Source: Neodothiora populina
Lineage: Eukaryota
Assembly (NCBI RefSeq): GCF_041146345.1
Contig: NW_027191405.1
Coordinates: 930,001-994,000, forward strand
DNA length: 64,000 bases
Reading direction: 5' to 3'
Shown one piece after another: positions 25,508 to 38,537 of the stretch; position 1 is the first letter of the stretch; each line of letters starts with the position of its first letter. The notes under the pieces were generated by a model, which worked only from the letters and a program-made list of their open reading frames with translations, made no database searches and was not told where the DNA came from. A program made the translations under genes and the position numbers.

Positions 25508-27072
25508 ATGGCTGAACAGATGGAGGGCGTCGAGGCGACAGCCCCAGAGGCCACCAAGGTCCAGACACCACAGCAGCTGTCGGAATGTATGTTCCCTCTC
25601 ATCAAAACCAGCCAGGTGCATCACATCATGTGCTCAATGCTCACACCACACCAGCCATAATCGCCAACTTCGCCTTATTGGAAAAGGCAGTCGCGCAATT
25701 TGATGGCCGCTTCACTTTAAGAGTTCTACGCTCCATCTCCAGCATGCGCAAGACGAATCACCTTGCAGAGGCACTCGGTCATGCCATCACCTCCCTCTAC
25801 GCCTCGGCTCCCGAGTCCTCCTCGAAGCGCTTCTTGGAGTCCGCCCTGAAATCCTCAAATGCGTCGACCAATGGTCACGCCCCTGCTCTCTCGCAAGATG
25901 TAGATGTCCTCCCGGAGTCTTTTGTATACCTCGGTGTGCTTGCACAGGTCCACCTTTGCGACACAGAGAGTCATGCACAGGGCGCTGCTTTCTCCTCTGC
26001 CTTCGTTGACAAGGTTCGTGAGTTCAACCGCAGGACGCTCGACTCTTTGGCCGCCAAAGCCTACTTTTATTACCATCTCTTCCACGAGCACCTTGATCCA
26101 CTGCCTCCTTCGCGCCAGTCCCCGGTCACCGAGACCAGGTCGAAGTTGTTGGCCGCTCTCAGAAGTGCCGTGCTCCGAAAGGACGCTGACACCCAAGCCG
26201 CCGTCACTGTCTTGCTATTACGCAACTACATCTCCACCGCAGACATCACGCAAGCAGATCTCCTGGTTGCCCAGACCCAGTTTCCCGCGAACGCCTCGAA
26301 CAACCAGGTCTGCCGTTACCTGTACTACCTTGGTCGCATTCGCGCCATTCAACTCTCCTATACCGCTGCACACGAACACCTCACCGCCGCCACCCGCAAA
26401 TCGCCAACCAACAAGCTCGCCGCCGGTTTCTACCAATCTGCCACCAAATTGCTTGTCGTTGTTGAGCTTCTGATGGGAGATATCCCTGATCGCGCCATCT
26501 TCAGACAACCATTCCTGGAACGCCCGCTCTTCCCATACCTCCGTCTCGTCCAGGCCGTGCGCGTGGGTGACCTGCAAGGATTCCTCCGCGTACTGGAAGA
26601 AGAAGCAGCTCACTTCCGTACTGACGGTACCTACACCCTGATCCTGCGCCTGCGCCAGAACGTGATCAAGACCGGAGTTCGCATGCTCTCCCTTTCTTAC
26701 TCCCGCATCTCCCTACGCGATATTTGCTTGCGCCTTGGCGTCGAAAGCGAGGAGTCTGCCGAGTACATTGTCGCCAAGGCTATCCGTGATGGGGTTATCG
26801 AGGCTACTTTGGATCACGAGCATGGATTTATGGAGTCCAAGCAGGCTGGAGATGTCTATGCCACCAGAGAGCCTGCCGAGGCCTTCCACGACCGTATCAA
26901 GGCTTGTCTCAGCATTCACGACGAGTGCGTCATGGCTATGAGATACCCCATGAACAAGCACAGACAGGAGCTCAAGAGCGCCCAGGATGCTCGAGAGAGG
27001 GAGAAGGAGCTCCGTGATGAGCTAGCCGACAATGACTTCGAGGACGCTGATGAGGGTTTCGAAGGTTTGTAG
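25508..27072 (+). CDS. RPN3: 26S proteasome regulatory subunit Rpn3; exons 25508-25586, 25655-27072
   Basis: 'RYLYYLGRIRAIQLSY', 'VELLMGDIPDR', 'LRLRQNVIKTG' and PCI domain 'AEYIVAKAIRDGVIEA'. Confidence 0.96.
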
Positions 27073-27631
27073 ACCGCTCGGCGCATACTTGGCTGCCGCT
27101 TGTACCATAGGAAATGCATGAAGCATATGAGACCGAGCCTACCAAGACATCCTAGGGCTCCAGTAAATGAAACACACCGGGGTCCGCGTTTTAGACCGAG
27201 ACAACAGACACAATTCAGAATTAATACCAATCCACCGACCGAAGTTCGAGAACCATGAAGATTACAGAGAGCGTCACAATAGGTACCTATACTGGTTGAT
27301 GAAGTGCAGTCTGGCTCGGCGACGACGCGCACAGGCCGCCCAGCCCTCCGCTTTGTTTGTTTCCACCCGCGTCGTCCAACCACCTCGCAACGCCAGATCA
27401 TCATCGCACACCACTCTGCTGTCCTTGCTTATTATAGAATAGATCTGATGAAGACGTATCATGTCAACAAGGAAAAAAAATAAGATGGCTGGTAGGAGTT
27501 TTGTTTTTGTAGTAAAATCAGACCTCGCAGGAACAAATGTTTCCATATCCATTCCACATTTATTCGACCGTTCAGTCTGCGGTTTCCGTTCTCCGTTGCG
27601 TTTTCCCGGCTAGTCCAGCATTTACCTCAAA

Positions 27632-28900
27632 ATGCATTTATTATTACAAGTCTCCCGGCTGACTTTGTCAACACACATCGCTTTACTGGCTGCAGTTGTA
27701 CTGCTGCTATTATCCGTAACATGTGATGCTCAAACTTCTTCATCGTGCAATCCTACACAAGGTCAATGTCCTGCAGATGCAGCATTAGGCAAGAGCGTCA
27801 GTGCCGACTTCACTTCCGGCGCATCGGACCAATTCACGACCTCGGGAAATCCGACATTTGGCTCTGATGGGACGGTATTGACGGTTGCCAAAAGCGGCGA
27901 TGCCCCTACCCTGAACTCGAAGTGGTATATCATGTTCGGAAAGGTCGAGATTGTGATGAAAGCCGCCCCCGGTCAGGGTATAGTGAGCAGTGTCGTTTTG
28001 CAATCCGATGATCTGGATGAGATAGATTGGGAAATCATCGGTAATCAGGATGATCAGTGAGTTTCAATCAATGATTCTACAAATATCTCCTTAGCTAACG
28101 TCATTCAGAGTTCAAACCAATTACTTTCGCAAGGGCGACACCAGCACTTCCGATCGAGGCGGTGTGCATTCAACAAATTCAGTTGCAGAAACCTTCAAGA
28201 CGTACACAGTTGAGTGGACGTCGACCGAGATTGTATGGCAGGTCAATGGGGTGACGCAGCGGGTTTTGACCGCCAGCAACGCCGGTGATGCATATCCGCA
28301 GTCTCCTATGATGCTCAAGATCGGAGCATGGTCTGGCGGCGACTCATCCAACGCTCCTGGAACGATTGCTTGGGCAGGAGGATCGACAGACTACACCAAG
28401 GGGCCTTTCTCCATGTATGTCAAGTCAGTTGCAGTCACTGACTATTCGACTGGCACATCCTATTCATACTCGGACACTTCTGGGGATTGGAAAAGCATCA
28501 CAGCAGCGGGTGGCTCAATCAGTGGAGGGCCTTCCAATGTCGATTCATCCGCTCCTGCCGTCACATCCACGGTCAATGGAGCCATTCCGTGGGGAGGTAC
28601 CCACCGTACCACGTCCATCTACACCACTCCTAATATCTGGCCTTGGGTGACCACCGGTGCGCCTACTACACTGGCAACAGCTGCTGCCACGAACACGGAC
28701 TACCCAGGACTACCAAGTGGATGGACCGTCAATGCTTCCGGAAAGGTGGTTCCGCCAAGCGCTGCTCCTACAGGTGAGTGACACATTGCCCAGGCTCGTG
28801 TGTTAGCATTATACTGATTCTGTTTGTAGTCGAAGTGCCTCTCCGCATGTTGCTCTTAGTCGCTTGCAGCTTCGTTGCGGGGATGATAATGAGAACGTGA
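27632..28900 (+). CDS. GH16 CRH-family chitin transglycosylase, predicted GPI-anchored; exons 27632-28056, 28109-28773, 28830-28900
   Basis: Signal peptide, 'CNP..CP', catalytic 'DLDEIDWE', 'QVQTNYF', S/T-rich tail and hydrophobic C-terminus in exon 3. Confidence 0.9.
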
Positions 28901-29425
28901 ATAATTAATGGATCCTACGAGACGGCAGCGGGATTTCTTTTACTTCATGAAAACGCCTTACTTTGCACGCTCTTGATGAGCCAGTCTGGTTGTCACAAAC
29001 GATATGCATTGCGGGCCAATGCATCTTACTTTTCGAATCGTCTTTTCAGCGTTTGCATTGCATAGAAGAGGAGTTTACGACTTTATGGTCACATGCACAT
29101 ACTCGATCGCAGTATGTTTTACGAAATAAAATTCGAATTATTCAATATCACATCATTCTGTTTACTCACGTGGCCCAATGTAGGTACTTGACGTAACCCC
29201 ATGCGTTGATGGTGCAAGATTAAACAACTGTGTACGTACAACTTGGAAGTCTCTGTACACAGTCCAAGTACGACAGTACATCATGCCTTGGCGCTCTGAT
29301 CAGTCAAGTCGTGCCACGCAACTTGCTCTTGTGAGACTGTCGTGTCATTTCTCATGAAAAGACAGATCGAGACCAGAGGACTGCTTATCTCAAAAACCAC
29401 AACATGAGACTGGCAGTCGCCTCAT

Positions 29426-29432
29426 TGACTCA
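29426..29432 (+). promoter_or_regulatory. Gcn4/CpcA-type element TGACTCA about 600 bp upstream of NAD-GDH
   Basis: Exact consensus within ATTGACTCATT; function inferred. Confidence 0.45.
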
Positions 29433-30033
29433 TTATATTATTAGTAGCGGCAGAGGCGTAAGGGCCGCAAGGGTCCTCAGCACCCGAAGGTAACCGCGCT
29501 GGGCGCTTGTGGACAGCACGATGTGGACTTAACGGGCACGCTAAAGGTAGCCACGAAGGTATCCCCGCTCTATCGATTCCATCTTACTTTCCTTGACCCG
29601 AGCAAAAGCGCCAAAGCCGACTAAAATGTTCGATTATATCTCTCAGATACATTGTATCAACGTTGGAAAAGTTGCAAATAATGGCCCGATCAACAAGGGT
29701 GGTCTGCGCTTTTCTTGTACTCGTACCTTGCAGGAAATGTTGGCCAGAGTGACGAATGAGGTGTTGTTTGCCATGCAATTGTCTAAGACCAGTCAGGTAC
29801 ATAAATCAAGGCCTCAGCTGTGCCCCTTTCTCGTTCCTTCAAAGAAATATAAAAAATCTTTGCTATCCACTGTTGTTGTTTCCAAGAGCCTGTGATTCTT
29901 GTCAAGGGTTGTTTAGGTGCACTCCAATACTACAAGAGGGGTCCAACTTCATTGAAAGCAACCTCACTACACTACTATACCATTTCTTCTCTTTCGTCAA
30001 GTTGATCTTTTTCAAGATCCTCACTACCCAGTC

Positions 30034-33000
30034 ATGGCTGCCACAGAGCTACCGCTCAGCGTCACAAACAAAGCTCTAGATCATGTTGCGACCTCGGAGT
30101 CAAGAAAGCCATCGGCGCAGCCAATGCATCTCAGCGTCCCTGGTTCTCATCACCCTCGGGTGCTTCAAGAGCCAGGCTCTGGCTATGAAGCTCCCAAGTT
30201 CGATGGCAAGGACCAGCAGATGGAAGCGTAAGCATCTCGGTTTTTAAAGCGCAGGTGAAGCAGAGAGACTGACAGCCTTCTCAGCGTCATGGACCAAATC
30301 GAGGACAAAGGGTTCATGCCGGCCGAGTTTGTGGAGTCTGAAACAAAGTGGTTCTATAATGAGCTAGGTTCGAAGAGGCTCTCTGCCTCCTTCATCGGAG
30401 TTTCTAACAATCTCAGGTATCGACGACATGTACTTCTCGACCGAGACGCCCGGGGCCATAGTCAACCATATCCATAGTCTGTACGCCGCAAAGCTCGCAG
30501 CTTTTGCACGCAGTGACAAACGACTCGAGATTCGTCTCGACAAAGAGGCTTCTGACCATGCCGTGTACATCGACACGAGTAAGCCGGGCGTCAGTTCGAA
30601 TGAAGGGCCAAAGTACGAGGCGAGGATCGACGAGAAGTACCTCAACAATACCAAGGGCGAAGGTCGCTACCGCGTGGAGACCTTCCGCTCATCGAGCAGC
30701 CTTCCTGGCGACAATGACCAGCAATTACGATGCTACTTTGTCTACCAGGCAGAGTTCAGCAACCCACACCCTGCCCCAGAAGAGACTTGCATTGAGGTGA
30801 TCGGAGAGAAGCGATTCCTCCAGAAGGCTACCAAGAATACCCTAGAGATCTACCAACATGTTCTCGACAGCGGCAGTGCAAGGACTGGTCCGGTCATCGA
30901 GATGTTCGAGATAGAGGGCACACGGGAGAAGAGACTCGTCATCGCCTATAGGCAAGGCTCCGCACCAGGTCTGTTCAGTGCATTGAGTGATCTGGTAGGC
31001 TCTCGTATCCAAACATGCTCTTATGGATCTACTTACCAATTTACCCTCTAGTACCATTACTACGGTCTTACGTCGTCTCGTAAATACGTTGGTAGGCCTT
31101 AAAGAAAGACGACGATATCTTGGGATTGAGGGCTGATATCGAACACAGAGCAATTCTCGAATGGCATGACTATAATGGTGAGTTAAGCTCTGCTCTTAGC
31201 GATATGACGAAGCTCACATCTTATGCAGTCACTATATCTACGACCAGTGCCAGGAAGCGTACCTTCTGCTCGCCACCCTCCAATCGAGGCATCTATCCAT
31301 CAGATCATGAAAGAGATCTCTCTGCTCTACTGCATCCCTCAAAACAGGTTCCAGTCGCATTTCGCATCAGGAAATCTGAGTCTGCAAGAGACCATCTATG
31401 CCCACTGCGTATGCGTCTTCATCGGCCACTTTCTGAACAGATTAGGTAAGTAGATATCGGGACAGACTTGAGCGGATACAATGCTGATGGTGTAATAGGA
31501 TCTGAATATACTACTCTTGCCTCATTACTCGACGCTGGCAACAGTGTACATGCTGAGTTACTGGCAAAGCTCAAACGCCGACTTCGCACAGAAACATTCA
31601 CAGCCGACTACATACTAGAGATCATCAACCAATACCCAGGCCTCGTGAGAGCACTGTATCTGGGGTTTGCGAACACCCACTACGTGCAGACCCGCCACGA
31701 GGACGACTTTCTACCCACACTCAGCTATCTGCGTTTGCAAGTAGACCGTGTCCTCGGTCCAGAGGAGGTGAAGGATCTGATAACGAAGACTACTGCAAAC
31801 GAGCATCACCAAATGGTCATGGAGTGCTTCCAGGTCTTCAACGCCTCTGTCCTCAAGACGAATTTCTATACGCCAACGAAGGTAGCACTCAGCTTCCGGC
31901 TCAACCCTACCTTCCTGCCCGCAGAGGAATATCCCCAAGCCCTCTATGGCATGTTCCTCGTAATCGGATCCGAGTTCAGAGGATTTCATCTCAGATTCAG
32001 AGACATCGCACGCGGTGGCATACGCATCGTAAAGTCTAGAAGCCAAGAAGCCTACGCCATCAACGCTCGGTCAGTATTCGACGAGAACTACAACCTTGCG
32101 AACACTCAGCAGCGCAAGAACAAAGACATTCCGGAGGGAGGCTCGAAAGGTGTCATCCTGCTGGATGTCAACCACCAAGACAAAGCTACCGTGTCTTTCC
32201 AGAAGTACATTGATAGTATCATGGATCTGTTACTTCCCCCGACAAGTCCTGGAATCAAAGACCCCATCGTCGATCTCCACGGCAAGGAAGAAATTCTTTT
32301 CATGGGTCCTGACGAAAACACAGCAGATCTTGTTGACTGGGCTACAGAGCACGCAAGAGCACGCGGTGCACCTTGGTGGAAGTCCTTCTTCACAGGTAAA
32401 GGTCAACACCTGGGGGGTATCCCTCACGACAAGTACGGTATGACTACACTGTCAGTCCGTGAGTACGTGCTCGGAATCTATCGCAAACTCAACCTCGAAG
32501 AAAAATCTGTTCGCAAACTACAGACCGGTGGACCTGATGGTGATCTTGGCTCGAACGAGATTCTGCTCGGCGACGAGAAGTATACCGCTATGGTGGACGG
32601 ATCCGGAGTGCTTGTCGACCCCAATGGTCTCGATAGATCGGAGCTCCTCCGTCTAGCAAAAGAACGTCTCATGATCTCGCATTATGACGCCTCCAAGCTT
32701 TCGGCTGAGGGCTACAGGGTTCTGGTAGAGGACACTCAGTTCAAGCTGCCTTCTGGAGAAGTCGTGAACAACGGCACATCCTTCAGAAACACTTTCCACC
32801 TTCGACAAGGAGTGGAGTATGATCTGTTCGTACCCTGCGGCGGTAGACCCGAGTCTATTGACCTGAACACTGTCAACAAGCTGATTGTCAACGGCAAGAC
32901 CACGATACCATATCTGGTCGAGGGTGCCAATCTCTTCATCACACAAGACGCCAAGTTGCGACTGGAGAAGGCTGGCTGCATACTTTACAAAGATGCGTCT

Positions 33001-33633
33001 GCAAACAAAGGAGGTGTGACTTCGTCATCGCTCGAAGTCCTAGCATCGTTATCCTTTGACGACCAAGGCTTCGTCGAGAACATGTGCGTCAGAGGTGATG
33101 GCACACCGCCTCCCTTCTACGAACAATATGTCAAGCAAGTCCAGTCCATCATCAAGAACAACGCTCGTCTAGAATTCGAGGCCATCTGGAGAGAGCACGA
33201 AGTGAGCGGCGAGGCGAGAAGCATCCTGAGTGACCGTCTCAGCACATCCATCACCAACCTGGATGAAGAACTGCAGAACACCGAGCTATGGGACAACGTT
33301 GATCTACGTAGATCTGTTCTTCAAGATGCGCTCCCTGGCCTACTCATCGAGAAGATTGGTCTTGAGACTATTCTTGAGAGGGTAAGTGATACCTGTCCGC
33401 TTGAAAGGCTCCGTGATGCAAGCACTGACAATGGTGACTACAGGTGCCCGAGAACTATCTGCGTGCAATTTTCGGTAGTTATCTTTCCTCTCGATTCATC
33501 TACGAGCGCGGTATCTCTGCGAGTCAATTCGCCTTTTTCTCCTTGTAAGTCATTACGAACTCATGCATCGTCGAACAAGAAGCTAACACGGTGAAACAGC
33601 ATGAACCAACGCATGGAAAAGCTACGTCACTAG
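30034..33633 (+). CDS. GDH2: NAD-specific glutamate dehydrogenase; 9 exons: 30034-30227, 30285-30367, 30417-30994, 31052-31091, 31149-31177, 31229-31445, 31499-33381, 33444-33544, 33600-33633
   Basis: 'FRGFHLRFRDIARGGIRIV', 'KNKDIPEGGSKG', 'MGPDENTA', 'QTGGPDGDLGSNE' and 'KDASANKGGVTSSS'. All introns restore frame. Confidence 0.96.
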
Positions 33634-35172
33634 AGAACAGGTATTCTAGATGTTTGGTTTGAGATGCGGTCCAATGTCAATGGCGTTTAGGGATGGGACA
33701 CAACACCAATTGCAAACAATAATCGGACCAAGAGAAGCCTATCGCGCAAGAGAACCCAAAAGTATTGATATGCACAGTAATCTTGTTTCGATAGCATTGC
33801 CGGGATGGCGAAAGCAGGAGAGCACTTTCAAAGAATCAGAAGTTGTTAATTTTCCCTCATCACTGCTTGTTTTCCTTTCATATACTAATCATCAGTACTG
33901 CCGGTGTGCATTCGACTCCTATTTGGAAGTTTCCGCATCGATCATCGTACGATCATTTCATGGTCCGGTCTGCAATCAGGCTCCTGTTTGATTCAGGAGT
34001 TCGGTTCCCCGTTCCGTTCTATATTCATTTTCGCCCGACAATACAGCGACTGACGAGAATTAGTCGTATCACCAGTAAGGTCTCTCGTCCCAACGGAGAA
34101 AGCGATATACAAGCATGGTCGCGGAACAACCGACCGAAAGACCGTGCTGACTAACTCTCGTTGCGACGAACAAAGATATAGTAGTTGGTCAGCATTCATT
34201 CGTGCCGACCCTTAGGCTCTTTACTCCGCAGTTCCCCAGCTTTTTTGCATTACACTGCGGAAGAGGGACAGAAGCAGGGCGCTGGAGATGTTTTGTCTGC
34301 AGTCTGTATATGCTTCACGATTTCATATACAGAAGACTTAAGAGTGTTGTTCTATCCAGCAATTGGCCCGCATGGGTAGTGATTGAGGGACTCTGTAAGA
34401 AACAGAATGCATTGACGATGACCTTTGAAAGCTCTGATGATCGGCTCGGTTAGAAGCGGGAGCAGTGTGCTTCGTCAGACCAAGTAAGGTACGCACTCAT
34501 GGAACTCTGCCCAATGAGTGGTTGACAGCCTGCTACTAGTTGTATGGTTGCAATTCCGATAAACCAAACAAGTAGAGAAGAAGCATCTGCGTTGGCCTTT
34601 TAAAGTACCCTGTTGTTCATTCACAGTAGCAACACAATACCTTTCAATATGCATACTTTGCAGCATAAGGTACTAAGGTGCGGTAGATCAAAGCGTAACA
34701 CAATCGGGTTAATGCGGGGACTTGCTTGGCCTCATACTTGTAGTGTAGTAGTAGTGTTATACTCTTCTCCGTACAAGTAATTCCCTCGGTCTTTCTGCCG
34801 AAAGACATTAAGGTAATTGCCTTACGGACTTACAGCAGTAGCTTCCCTTCATACCTACTGTACAAGTACCTTAGTCACCTTGTCCCTTCTATACCGGTAC
34901 TTCACTGTAAGACTCAGGAGGATCAAAACTCAAGTAACATAAGGAAAAACCTCGTCTTGTCTTGCGCACGCTCTTGTCACAAGGTCACACACACACCTTT
35001 TACTCATAGCCACCACCTTGCCACGCTCGCTTAGTCTGCCGTTTTGCTTCTTGCATCTCACCATCTTGCGCGCGTCCCTTATGCACCGCAGTGAAGCCAT
35101 AGATCTTTCTTTCCGCATCATCGCAATCCCCGTCGGCCGCATGCTGCATCAAGCACAAGACTCTTCTTCATC

Positions 35173-36407
35173 ATGAGCGCGCCGAACCCCCCAACTAAAC
35201 CTCGATCATCACAGTCCGAGCCAGCAGCAACCACGGCGCAATCGCAAACCGCCTTCTCCGACAATGCCTCCTCTCGCATGCCCCCGCTCATCGGCTTCAG
35301 GGTATGGGTATCACAGCCCGTCGTCGCTTCGTTCATAGCCGGAGGTGTGGCCGGAGCAGTGTCGCGCACAGTGGTGTCGCCGTTGGAGCGATTGAAGATT
35401 CTGTTTCAGATCCAGACTGTTGGCCGCGAGGAATACAAAATGTCCATCGGCAAGGCGCTGGGCAAGATGTGGAGAGAAGAGGGCTTTCGGGGGTTCATGG
35501 CTGGTAACGGAACGAATTGCATACGCATCGTGCCCTACTCGGCCGTTCAGTTTGGAAGTTATAACTTTTACAAGAGGGTATGTTCGACAATCGGCATGTT
35601 GGTTTCCATTGCGAAGTCATACTGACTCGAGGACAGTTCTTCGAGGACACTCCTGGCGCCCCCCTTGGAGCTTTCCAGCGTCTGTCGTGCGGTGCTATCG
35701 CCGGTATCACTTCCGTCACATTCACATATCCTCTCGACATCGTCAGGACTCGCCTGTCAATTCAATCGGCCTCTTTCGCGGGACTGGAAAAGGTAGCCAA
35801 CGGCGGCAAACTACCGGGCATGTGGCCCACTCTGCTCAACATGTACAAGACGGAGGGAGGCTTTACCGCATTATATCGCGGCATTGTCCCGACAGTGGCT
35901 GGTGTTGCTCCATATGTAAGCAAGCACACGACTACTTCTGCCCAGATGAGTGAACAAGATGCTAATCGAGTCAAGGTCGGTCTGAACTTCATGGTGTACG
36001 AGACAGTGCGAGCATACTTTACCCCTGAAGGCAAAGAGAATCCTAGTGCCATTGGCAAGCTCGGAGCTGGCGCAATCTCTGGCGCCGTTGCCCAAACCTT
36101 CACCTATCCCTTGTTAGTACTCTTGTTTCCCTCCACAGCAATCATGGTCAGCTGACAGTGAGCTAGCGATGTCCTTCGCCGACGATTCCAAATCAACACC
36201 ATGTCAGGCATGGGCTACCAATACAAGTCCATCTTCGACGCCGTCCGCGTAATCGTCAAACACGAGGGCTACAAGGGTCTCTACAAGGGCATCACGCCGA
36301 ACCTGTTGAAAGTGGCCCCCAGCATGGCTAGCAGTTGGTTGAGTTTCGAGATCACCAGAGACTTTTTCGTCAGCTTAAAACCGAGCGACGAAGATCTAAG
36401 AGTCTGA
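35173..36407 (+). CDS. Mitochondrial carrier (SLC25; YPR011C/SLC25A42-like subfamily); exons 35173-35577, 35637-35915, 35976-36112, 36167-36407
   Basis: Three PxD/ExxK/R signatures (PLERLK, PLDIVR, PFDVLR) plus '[18 protein letters not shown]'. Confidence 0.9.
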
Positions 36408-37194
36408 AATAGGCCATGAAGATGCGACAATTCTTTCTTGTATCCCCATCACAAGATCATGGTTGCATCTGGTGGGTTCGACGGAGACATCACGGCGAGA
36501 TGCAGTCGAGAACGGGAGAGGAAAAGTGGCAAGTAGCACCAGATTGCATCTGCACACAATCGGCGTTCTGGGTTCTATATTGCAATTTGTGGATTTGAAC
36601 GCAGCGAGGCGTAATTTTGGAGGGTAACAAAAGGGGGCGGAGTGGTACAAGCAAGAACCGGAAGCCGTTTGCATTGGGTCAGGAGGGTGGGATGGATAGG
36701 TTCTCCTAGATGACATACTTTACAACATATACGGACAGCACCTGAGAGAAGGGGGAGTTCGTGTAGAGATGCTGCTGCTGCTGCTGCTGCTACTGGAGAG
36801 ATTACTTGATGTTTGTAGTGAGATACCTGGAGGGAAACATTGCCGAAGTGCATCGTCGTTGTATTATTTGTGCATCATACTCTTACTGCTTGACACTATG
36901 ATTCGGGAGCGTCTTCAATTGGAAGAGGTCTCTGGCCTGATACTGTCCCTTGTGATCTATCAACCGATGAAAGATGTCGGAGTGGACTACTCAAACAAAG
37001 CAAACACAGACCTGAGAGGAAAGAACAAACCGCAAAGTATTTGCCAAGACTTCAAGCCGCCAAGCCGCACACTTCGCTAGCGCGAAAAGCGGCAGCGTCC
37101 AAAATTGCTTCGAGCGAATCCCATCTTCAATTCGGACGACTTGCGACGAGATTTCGACGACAATCTTCTACTAACACCACGTCGAACAGCAGCA

Positions 37195-37942
37195 ATGGGT
37201 ATTGATTTGGACAAGCACCACGTCCGCTCGGGTCACCGCAAGGCGCCCAAGTCGGACAACCCATACACGGCTCTCCTCGTGAAGCTTTATAGGTTCTTGA
37301 GCCGTAAGCAGCGCACCTTTACCACCTACGCCTGGATAGAGACTTGAAAAAAAGAATCTGTCCAGGCTACGTGCAGGGTTCTAAATTGCTGACTTTCGTG
37401 TGCGCCATTAGGCCGTACCGACTCCAAGTTCAACCAGACCATCCTCCGTCGTCTGATGATGAGCAAGATCAACCGCCCTCCCATGAGCATCTCCCGCATC
37501 GTCGGAACCGCTGCCAACGAGCACGCCTCCAAGGAGACCCAGGGCAAGACCATTGTCGTCGTGGCCGCCGTCACTGACGACAACCGTCTCCTCACCATCC
37601 CCAAGGTCTCGATCGCCGCTCTCCGCTTCACTGCGACTGCCCGCGCCCGCATCTTGGCCGCCGGTGGTGAGTGCCTCACTCTCGATCAGCTCGCCATGCG
37701 CGCCCCTACCGGTGCCAACACCGTCCTCCTCCGTGGCCCCAAGAACGCCCGTGAGGCCGTCAAGCATTTCGGATTCGGACCCCACTCCCACAAGGCACGT
37801 GTTCTCCAGAAGACGACAAGAAAGACAAGGCGGGGAAAAATCAGACCACTAACAGTTGCTACAGAAGCCTTACGTCGAGTCCAAGGGCAGGAAGTTCGAG
37901 CGTGCCCGTGGCCGCAGAAGATCCAAGGGTTTCAAGGTGTAA
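37195..37942 (+). CDS. RPL18: 60S ribosomal protein L18 (eL18); exons 37195-37303, 37412-37794, 37865-37942 (second intron GC-AG)
   Basis: '[22 protein letters not shown]', '[16 protein letters not shown]' and '[25 protein letters not shown]'. Confidence 0.97.
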
Positions 37943-38537
37943 ACGGGGATTTGAGGGTTTCACAAAATGTTTGTTTTAGGGGGTGCTGCAAATTCATGAG
38001 ATACTCTTTGCTGCAAGCGTTTTCACGACGCATTTCCGGAATAAAAACAACACTTTGGCGGCTGCTGGTGGTATGTTACAAAAAGCCGAATTCAAGAAGA
38101 TCAATGGACAACAACGAATCTCTGAAAAGCTGTCTACCACAAATTTGTCCTTTGGTGACTGTGAAACATGTCCTCGTGATGGTCGAATCGTGGACCAGAC
38201 CTATTTGGAGTATACAGAGACGACTTTCCTGCTCTACTAGCTGCTATAGTGCCTCGAGACAAGCACATCTAAGAAGTGATTCATGATCACCATAGACAAC
38301 TCTTTTGGCACCTGTCGAAATATTTATTTACTACCAAATACATTCGCGTCCTGCGCTATAGCAGCACATTACTCGTGCTGTGCAGCCAACAGAATTTTTG
38401 TGCCATTTTCAAGCACCAAAGAAAAAATCTTGGCATGTGCCCTAACCACAAAAAACCACATGCTCTGCAGTCATACGGCAGAGGCGATCTCCGAACATTA
38501 TAATTACCATTTTACGTGTTCTCAGACTACCATAATA

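Noticed and set aside
27428..27437. Rlm1/MEF2-like site upstream of the CRH gene
   Set aside because: Mismatch to CTA(W)4TAG in an AT-rich context; not distinguishable from chance
29455..29570. GC-rich stretch with small hairpins (AGGGCC-GCAAG-GGTCCT, ACC-CGAA-GGT) upstream of GDH2, considered as a ribozyme or ncRNA
   Set aside because: Stems are short and no hammerhead, HDV or twister core is recognisable; it would need an Infernal/Rfam hit or transcript evidence
37866..38286. Long C-terminal extension of RPL18 in the ORF track
   Set aside because: Artefact of reading through the 70-nt GC-AG intron
38283..38537. 85-codon in-frame extension upstream of ADE2 in the ORF track
   Set aside because: AT-rich, promoter-like composition; homology begins at MDKKIVGVLGGGQLG (38538), which has a good ATG context
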